64,000 bases of DNA from Bispira polyomma (taxonomy: Eukaryota). Where the stretch lies: NCBI GenBank assembly GCA_965649765.1, contig OZ287757.1, positions 54,250,001 to 54,314,000 on the forward strand, in the 5' to 3' direction. How positions within the stretch are numbered: position 1 is the stretch's first letter; each line of letters starts with the position of its first letter. The notes beneath the pieces were generated by a model. The model had not been told where the DNA came from. It ran no database searches and saw nothing but the letters and a program-made list of their open reading frames with translations. Positions 52,401 through 61,400 of the stretch are shown here, one piece after another. Made by a program: the position numbers and the translations under genes.

Positions 52401-55400
52401 CCGTAGGTTGGTGGTTTACACAGTGGCTTTAGCTCTGGTTTCTTCCACCATTGAATCTGTCTGTCGCAATATGACCTACGCTTGTTGAAAACGACGTAAA
52501 ATGCAATTTTTTATAAAATTGCAACAGAATAAATTTGCTTTGTTTCCTGATCCTGTTACCTTTTTGTATTTTTTTGCAAGTGTATTTCTGGAACATTTGT
52601 TACAATCTATTGCAATACATATATTGTGAATGCAACTGAAATATCAGTGAAACCACAGTGGGCAAATATGACTGTTAGGCTTTTTTAGTTGCTATATATT
52701 TAATGCTATCATTTTCTATTTAAACAATACTAGCATTTCCTAATAAAAAAAACACAAGAGAAATCCAACAAAACCAGCTAAATTGATTCTCCGCCTTACT
52801 AATGAAAGAAGTAACTGATTACGCCATTACAGACAGATATCTGATGCAAATAAACAGGAAAAAAAATTAAAACAAAGAGTTGTCGTTGAAAATAAGACAA
52901 TTGGGCATACGGTGTCAAATACACTGATGCTGATCTGGCCACTATAAACGCCAGTGTGACGGCGTTATGAATGTGTCCATTTTATCCCTGTCACTCATTT
53001 CCATGCTTGTTATTAAATAGATGTTTTACCACAGATGCACCCCATCAAGTATTAATCTGACGCCCCTCAGTTTGGCCGGGTCGATTGCTTCCCACCAATC
53101 CACGCATGCCTTTACATAATATTGCTAAGACGGTGGCGCCCTTTTCAGAATCTAAACAAAATCAGGCCTTGGCAGGTAAAAGCCGAATAAAGAATCCCAT
53201 GACGAGACTAGCCCCCTACTATCTGACATTTCTAAGCCATTTTCTGTATTTTGGGGGATGTTCGACAGATGAGACTGTGAATTGTGTGCTGCTCGACTGG
53301 GTGTGTGAAGAAAAGGAGAATTGTCCACAGGGAGAAGATTGTACAGATCTGAGCTGCCGAGAAGGACTAACTGAATGCCCTAATCTAGGTAAGTTATGTG
53401 TGTGTGTTGTATAATAATATAATTATACTTTCCATTTTTAACATGCACAAGTCCCCTAACAAAACAGAAGCAACAATCAATCAATGGACCTAATTTTCCC
53501 TATAATTTTGTCCATATTGAACGCATTTCATTTCAATAAATAATTGATTTTTATATGTACAATTGATTTTATCTTAAGGCGTTTGTGTTATGTCATTTGT
53601 CCACCCATTCATTATTCTGAAATGAGCCATTTCTTATCAAAACGTTGTGTCTGGGGTTAGGTTGTTAAGGTATATACAACTCCTACAAAATAAAAAGGTT
53701 TTGTTTTTTATAAACAATAAATATGGGAGTATTTTAAATTTAAGATTAAAACTAAAATGATGAAAATTTAAAAAAAATTACCTTATATGTACACATGGTT
53801 TAGTTGGTTTTAATTTCTTCAACCCATCCAACAAAACATGGCCATGTCAGTGTGGTCTCTGATGGATCTTAATAAAATTGTCACAATACCAAAGATTCTA
53901 CCCTAAAATTAAATTAAAATGTGTTCGATGAGATGCCAGACCTGTGAGTTTTTCGTCTGTAAGTTAATATTTCATTAAGTCACTCTGACTTTAGCCAACA
54001 AAACAGGCTTGTGACAGCATTGATTGTATGTTCTATGGGATATTAGACCTTCAAGTTTTTTATCTCTGAAGAGGGGGCATTTGTAAAGTAATGTTTTATG
54101 AAGTAAGTTGCCTTTGGAAGTTTTCGTGGGCAAAAATATGAGAAGGTTATTCCATGTTTACTACTAGTGCTGTGATAGCTTTTAAAAAACGATGTCTGGA
54201 GCCGATTCATATAAATGCGCAGTTTCGGCAATTTCTGAAATTGTCCCTCTGGTAAAGTAAATGTTTCGATGAGATTTTAAAGCAAAAATTATATGAACAA
54301 GAAGTTATTGAAATAGTTTTTAGGGTAATTTGGTTGTATACTACAAAATTATAATGGCTAGCTATAATTTGAATGATTTTAGTGTTTGCTGCAATGCTTT
54401 CCAGACATAGGCAAAAAGCGATGTGTGACCACTTAGCAGTCACGGGCTTTTTTGTTAGTGACTCCACAGCCATCTCTAGCCGATTACCGAAAACTTTTTC
54501 GTTCAGTTCCCGGCGATGGTTCTCTCATGGGGGTCGAATCAGTTAACCATTCGTGTGTAGTGCTATTGTAGATAGATCCTAATGGTCACCTGTCCCCTTC
54601 TGTTTTTGCAGACAATATAATGTACTGTGTGAATGAGAGTTACATTTGTGATGGTATCTGTGACTGTCTCAACTGCACAGAGGAGAACATGACTTGGTGT
54701 ATTGAGGAGAATTACCCATTGGAGTGTTACTTTAGCGATGAGATAACCTGTCCATTGAGCAGTAAGTATTGTATTCAGATTTATACTTGGCACATATATC
54801 TACCTTCCTCTGGTATTCAGAGTGGTAATTAAATCTTTCCTGACTGCAACAGTCAACTGCCTCATTTACTGTGATTCCCCTAACTGAAAAGCTCTAGAGG
54901 CTTGAGGGTGACGCCATTTATCAAGGATCTTCAGCCCTGCCACTGTCGATAGGGACCCAGTGATAGGGGACCACCATTTTAAGTGGTCATTCGAGCCACT
55001 CGGCAGACGTGTACACATCTTGCCCAAAAATGTTATCCTACCAATGAAACTAGCGGCCAGTACCGTGAAATAGAACCCAGGACCTTCTGATTATCAGACT
55101 AACTCCCTTACCACTAGGCCACGGGGGACCACTATGTAACCTTTTTGAATGGAATCTAATCCAATCTAATCTTTTATCATGCTTATCTGTGTGCCAGCAG
55201 ATTCTAAGGCGCACAAGACAGAAAATCATTTTGACAATCTTGTATAGCCTTTGGACGAACAGGGGTTGTGACCATGTAGGTGCCGGAAAAAAGGTCAGGA
55301 GGCAAAGGTGGAAAAGCCTTGCTAAATAGTTATGTCTTCAGCTTTATCCTAATACAGGCAAGTGAGGAATCAGTACGAATCCAATGAATCTACTCCTGAC

Positions 55401-58400
55401 CGGGGGAGAGCATATAAATCGAATCTCAGCCGAGGTGGGACTATATACTGTTCAATCTTTACATTTTATATCGGTTTCTCTCTGTATATTGTTCACAGAT
55501 GACGTCACTGGGTATGAGCTGTACTTCCAATGTATTCCACCCCAGTGGGCTTGCGATGGCTATGCCGACTGCCCCGATGAAACTGATGAAGACTTTGACT
55601 GGTGCATGTCACTCCCCTGTGACGATTACTTCGTCCCCTGTCCAGGTAAGATTGTTGACAAACATAATACATCTGTGTGTTAACAATTTTAAAATGTTTG
55701 GCTACGCAATGCCTGTAAGCATGTCTTTCGTATGGAATGTTTTAAATCTGCAAAAAACATGCAGTATAATGCTCGGTAGGTTGTTTACGCTCTCCCATCA
55801 GTCTCCCTTGACCCTATTCTGTTTTTAAACTTAAACATCTTGGCAATTTCCCGACCGATTTTAATGCAACAAAAAGCACAGTAATCGCAATAAAGGTAAG
55901 CTTTCTCATCTTTCTCAGCGAATTGTTTTGCACAGGTATCGAGACTTATTTTAACAAATAATAGTGATACAGGAACTATTTTCAAATGTTACAAATGCTA
56001 ACTTTTGCTGCTTTTTAATGGGTTTGTTTATTAAATAGAATGACGGTACTTCACTGTCTAAACAGAATCCGAAACACTAATCCATGAAAATAGGACACTT
56101 AGCGATACGGACACACTTTTAGGTGCTTCAGTAATCTAATCTAAATACCTCTTTTGGGATGGGTGTTCAATTTTCCTTGAGAGAACTCCAATCATCATTA
56201 TTAGCATCCTAATTATAAGGCCAAAGTCGTAATAAAAGAGGGATATAGCCGTAGTAGTTTACAAATTAGCATTCAAGTCCAGAGGAAAGGAAGGCAACAT
56301 TAAAATGGCCTGGTGTGATGTGACTTGGGATGCTTTCTACAAAAGGGTCAATGCTCGGTGATTAATGGGTGGTGGGGGGTGAAGCCCTAAAATAGGGAGT
56401 CTCCAAGACTTGACCATTTGCGAAAAACTAGTCTAACCCCTTTAAGTAGAACTCCATTCATCTTTTATGTGGGTTTTTGCATGATTATGCCAATGCTTAT
56501 TGGCATAATCGTGCTTTCCCGGGGAAAGAGGGGGACAAATAGGGGTAAACCCTTGGTTACACATGGCAACTATATGTCGACAGGGTCATCTCAGAACTCG
56601 CAAGGATTACCGCTTTCATATTTGACGTACATATGGAATCTGTTTCAGTGACGGCCCATTTTTTAATTTGAAGTCAATATTGCTAGAAATAAGTCAGAGA
56701 TCTCCATTTTCTGTTTAGGGATTGTGAGCTTCTATTGAAGGGCCTATCACCACCCATTTCCGGTTTCTCGGTTTCTAGAACGATGTCATCAGCTGGTTGA
56801 TTCATCGATAGTTTTTGTGAATGGTAGTAAAAAAACGTAGTAAGGTCACATGATCTTCCGCTCATGGGCAGTGATGCGATTAATACATCTTTGTAAAGAA
56901 ATTGTTGTAAAAACCTTAAAAGTTTTGAGATCAATAGGCATTGATCAAATTATGATTTCTCTGTAATTACTTAAACTAAAATTTTATGATTTATTTATCA
57001 TGAAACAGCAATTAATACACTTTCTGACCCTTTTTACAGAATAAAATTTTATTTAATATTCACCGAGACACAAGTCTGTATATTGTACATACATATTTTA
57101 CTGTAAATTCTATTTGGCAGTCATTTTTTTTTTAAGAAATCTGCGTATACCGAACGATCAATCTCCCAGTCAATGAAATATGAGCTGAGATCTGTTAGAA
57201 ACTGTGATTAAACTTCAAAATATTTCTGATGGATGGATTGTATGTTCTAATTTGCATCTGTTACACGGCTGTAGGCAATTCTAAACGGTCGGTAATTCTG
57301 AACGAAAATACAAATAAAATCCACCTACTGTAATTTTGAAAGCAACCATTTAACACCAGTAAATGTACATGCTATTATATTCTTTTCGACCAAATTTTCC
57401 ACTTTCTATCAATATTTTCAATATTATCAACAAATATAAAACACTTATTGGTTTAAGTCCTATTTACCAGCTTGTGTCGACAAACAAAATGACGTCATCA
57501 ACATCTGTTCAGAATTTCTGTCTTTGCTATTTGACAGTTTTTAATACATTATTTGACACTTCTCTATTGAAAAACAGGGATATACAAGTTTTGAAACAGG
57601 TACCTAAATAAAATAAGTATTCTTATTTATTTAGTGCCTTTTTAATGCATTTTGTCCCGAATTTTGCAAATTTAACGAAAAATCGTTCAGAAATGCTGAT
57701 GACCGTGTAACAAAAATCTCTATAACCACCACTCGTCTCGAAAACGTAAATTGCTTATATCTATCGTCAAACGTCCTGTTAGTGTACGCTTCCTGTTAAC
57801 GGACACCAGTTCTGCTAGCAAATCTCTTATTTTGGGATTTAAAATTAAAATGAGGATGAAAACATAACAGCATTCTCTAATCTTTTATTTTGTATTATCG
57901 CCCATTAAAGACCGACTCTGTAGCGACTGTATCCTTGTCAATTTCGACGGCTAACTAGTGACTGGGTCACTATTTTCAGACTACGGCTTTGTTGTGGCAT
58001 TATCATGATATGGCCGCCAGGCCATTCTCCTCTTGTCTGACTGTTGTTGCAAAAATGCCTTTTTAGGGTAAATGTTTAAAATCGTAATTTAGACTTTGAG
58101 ACCACTTGGGTATTTGTCTTTCTAACATCGGTAAAACGGCTTTTATTAATCAGTCTTTATTTATGATGGCTGAATTACAGAGTCGACAAGTGAAAACCTT
58201 TATTTTTGTCCAGTTTGTAAAAACATAGAGTGTAGGATTACATGATACACGGATGTTTATACAGTAAAACTTCTATCATCCGAACTGATTCTGATGAAGT
58301 AATTGCCACGCCCCCTAAAAATGTTTTTTCCCTATTGTTTTGTACAGAAAACCATGTTCTATTTTATAAACCTTTCTATTTATCCAAACAAAATCTTTCT

Positions 58401-61400
58401 CTCCCAACATGTTCGGGTAGTAGAGGTACTGGTGTATTCATTGTATCTACTGATCTTCATTGGGAGGTAAGCTTCTCTGCGACTGAAATTAGCCTCATTA
58501 TGAAAAGTAAGATGGCCACCATCGGCATTTCTTTGAAAATTATCCACTTTTTTCTACTGGCTGGTTCTCGTAGCTAGAAGGTTAAATCTCTTTATAGGTG
58601 ATATGTATAACAGATATATATGTCCTCTACAAGCATGCAGACATTTGACCTTTAAGCTCTTCATTGTCATCTGCGGAGTGCCAAAGTACCCTACATAGCG
58701 GACTGTAAAAGTACTTATAATTCGCTTATTATTGGTCCTCGAGGTTTGGCATTTGAAGCCTACCTATAGTAAATCATGGGCTAGGAATCTTCGGATGTGG
58801 TCAAGTTTGACCATGGGCCCCTCATTCAAGGTCAAACAAGGTATCCAAACTTAAAAATGGTTATAACTTGCTTATTATTGGTCCTAGAGGTTTGCATTTT
58901 GAAACCAACTTATAGGTAATCATAGGCTGGGAATCTTCTGATGTGGTCGGGTTTCACCTTGCGCCCTTCCATCAAGGGCAGACAAGGGTTGTTAAACTTA
59001 AAGTGCTTATAGCTCGCTTATTATTGGTCCTACAGTTTTGACATGTGAAAGCAACCTATAAGAAATTATGGGCGGAGAGTTTTCTGATATGGTCAGGTTT
59101 GACCTTGGGGTCCCTCCTTCAGGGTCAAATGACAATAGCCAAACTTAAAAGTGCTTATAACTCTTATTATTGGTCCGACAGGTTTCCAATGTGAAACCAA
59201 CTTGCAGTTAATCATGGACTGAGAATCTTCTGATGTGGTCTGATTTGACCTTGGGCCCCTCCTTCAAGGTTAGACGAGGGTAGCCAGAGCTTGGGTGCTT
59301 CCTACCTAGGATATCTTTCTGGTGGATACAAATATGCATCAGTTCTCCGATGCGCTAGGTTTAGTTCTATATAAAATAAGACTTCCATATACTTTTAGGT
59401 GGCATACAGATCGAGTATCAAAGGCGACAGAAAGGGGACAGAAATCGCCCCCAAGGGCTCACCGAGGAGAGCAGGAAGTCGGTCAGGGGTGAAGGTCGCA
59501 GTAATAGAAACTATGGTTTGAAAGTGAAAGAAAGGGATGACCTTAACACATGGGAAGGCAAGGTCGCAAGGAGAGGGGATAACCGACCGACCAACCTGCC
59601 TGCTCGCGAGGACTTGCACGCTAGAGTGGATAAAGTCAGACAGGAAGTGGAGAACAATAACCAGAAAAAACGAGACAGAACAAGGAGCAAAAACACTCGA
59701 GGCAATACTATTGAGACGAGAGAGGAAAGGCAAAAGGGATCGGCGAAGGATGATATGATGCAAAAGGCAGGAGAAGAAAAGCCTAGGGAATGGGCAAAGA
59801 ATGATATGAAGAAGAAAGCAGAACAAAGACAAAGGGAATCTGCAAAGGATGATATGAAGAAGGCAAGGGAACAAAGGCAAAGGGTATCGGCAAAGAATGA
59901 TATGATGAAGAAGGCAGCAGAAAAGCAAAGGGGATTAACAAAAGATGATATGATGAAGAAGGCAATGGAACAAAGGCAAAGGGGATCGGCGAAGGATGAT
60001 ATGATGAAAAAGGCAGGAGAACAAAGGCAAAGGGGATCGACAAAGGGTGATATTGAGACAAGGAAACACCAGGAACAAAAGAGCGGCAGTGCATGGGTTC
60101 AGAGGTCTCTGAGCAAGGTAAGAGAGTAGAGGAATGTGGGTTATAGCCCCTGAATCTGACCTTTTGACCTTCGTGTGATAATTATTTAGGTCACCACGCT
60201 GAAAGGGTTAAGAGTGCTCGAAGTGTAAGAAATACGTTTCTATAGTCTGTAAAAAAATATGAACAGTTTACAGAGATTTACAAGATTTCTGTGTGTGGGG
60301 TGGTGTGTGTGTGTGTGTGCAGCCTATTGTGTGTATATAATTATGCTGGGGAATAAACCCAGACAGGTCACGCGCGAAAGATTAGATAATATTACAACTG
60401 TTCAATTAATTCTCAATTTTGTATGTCAACAAGGATAAATACCGCCTACTTTTATGCATTTAACAGTGCAGAATGAAAGGCGAATGCCACAAAAAATAGG
60501 AAATGGACTCAGAGTTTATCTTTAACAGGGCTCCACTGTGGCCTGTAATCTCGAATTTTAGTCGAAACTACTTCATATAATGTCATTTAGTTTGTCTTGC
60601 GTTGATCGTGAGAAAAATTAACTTCCCAAAGGATTACAATACAGAGGCGTCTTTATGTCAACTCAGTGTACCAGTGAATCATATGCAGGCCCTCAGAGAA
60701 AAATCAATAACAATAATGGATTGTGTTCAAATACATTGCTGGTACCTAATTCACAAAATTAATGTTAAACCATTGAAAAACCATAGCTTACTCAAATTGA
60801 CAAAATATTGGTTTAAAATAGGTTTATCAAATGACTTATAATCGTTTGTAATGTTTGCTGGCTTTTTTTACGATTTTTGATGACTCATCTGTGTGAATAA
60901 ACCAGTCAACAACTATCTTTACCATTACATAGTAAGGATCATTGGTTTCCGAGTCCCACTCCTCTTCCAGCATTTAAAGCCAAATGAGTGTATGGTAGTT
61001 GTACACAGAACTCGGACAGTTTTAACTTGTAAGAGTATGTTGTGTAATATGCATTCTGTCATGCCGGCATCGTAATAACCCATAACAATCCACGGCCTGT
61101 ATCCACAAAATGTCAGTCTTAAGATTTTCGTCTTTGATTTTGGCTAAAAAAAGGTTAAGATTTTGGTTATGAATCTCTGTTTAGTGTTAACTTTGCTCTT
61201 AACCCACTAATTGTGTATATACATACTCTATATACACATAGTCCCCCCAAGAAAACGATTATAAGCAATAATTTTTTTACCAAAAATATTAACTAAATAC
61301 ATAATATAGATCGTCTCTGTGGCCTAGTGGTTAGAGCATCCGACTTTGTATCTCAGGGTCCAGGTTCTATAGTCGCTGCTAGCCTGGAGATGGCTCCCTT

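Noticed and set aside
57980-58008. Possible exon tttcag|DYGFVVALS*, resembling the start of repeat 7
   Set aside because: Overlaps the end of an interspersed repeat also present at ~18180-18205; no Cys pattern, so likely chance.
59395-60094. Hydrophobic Cys/Leu-rich minus-strand ORFs
   Set aside because: Antisense shadow of the purine-rich exon 31 repeats; splice signals and phase support the + strand frame.
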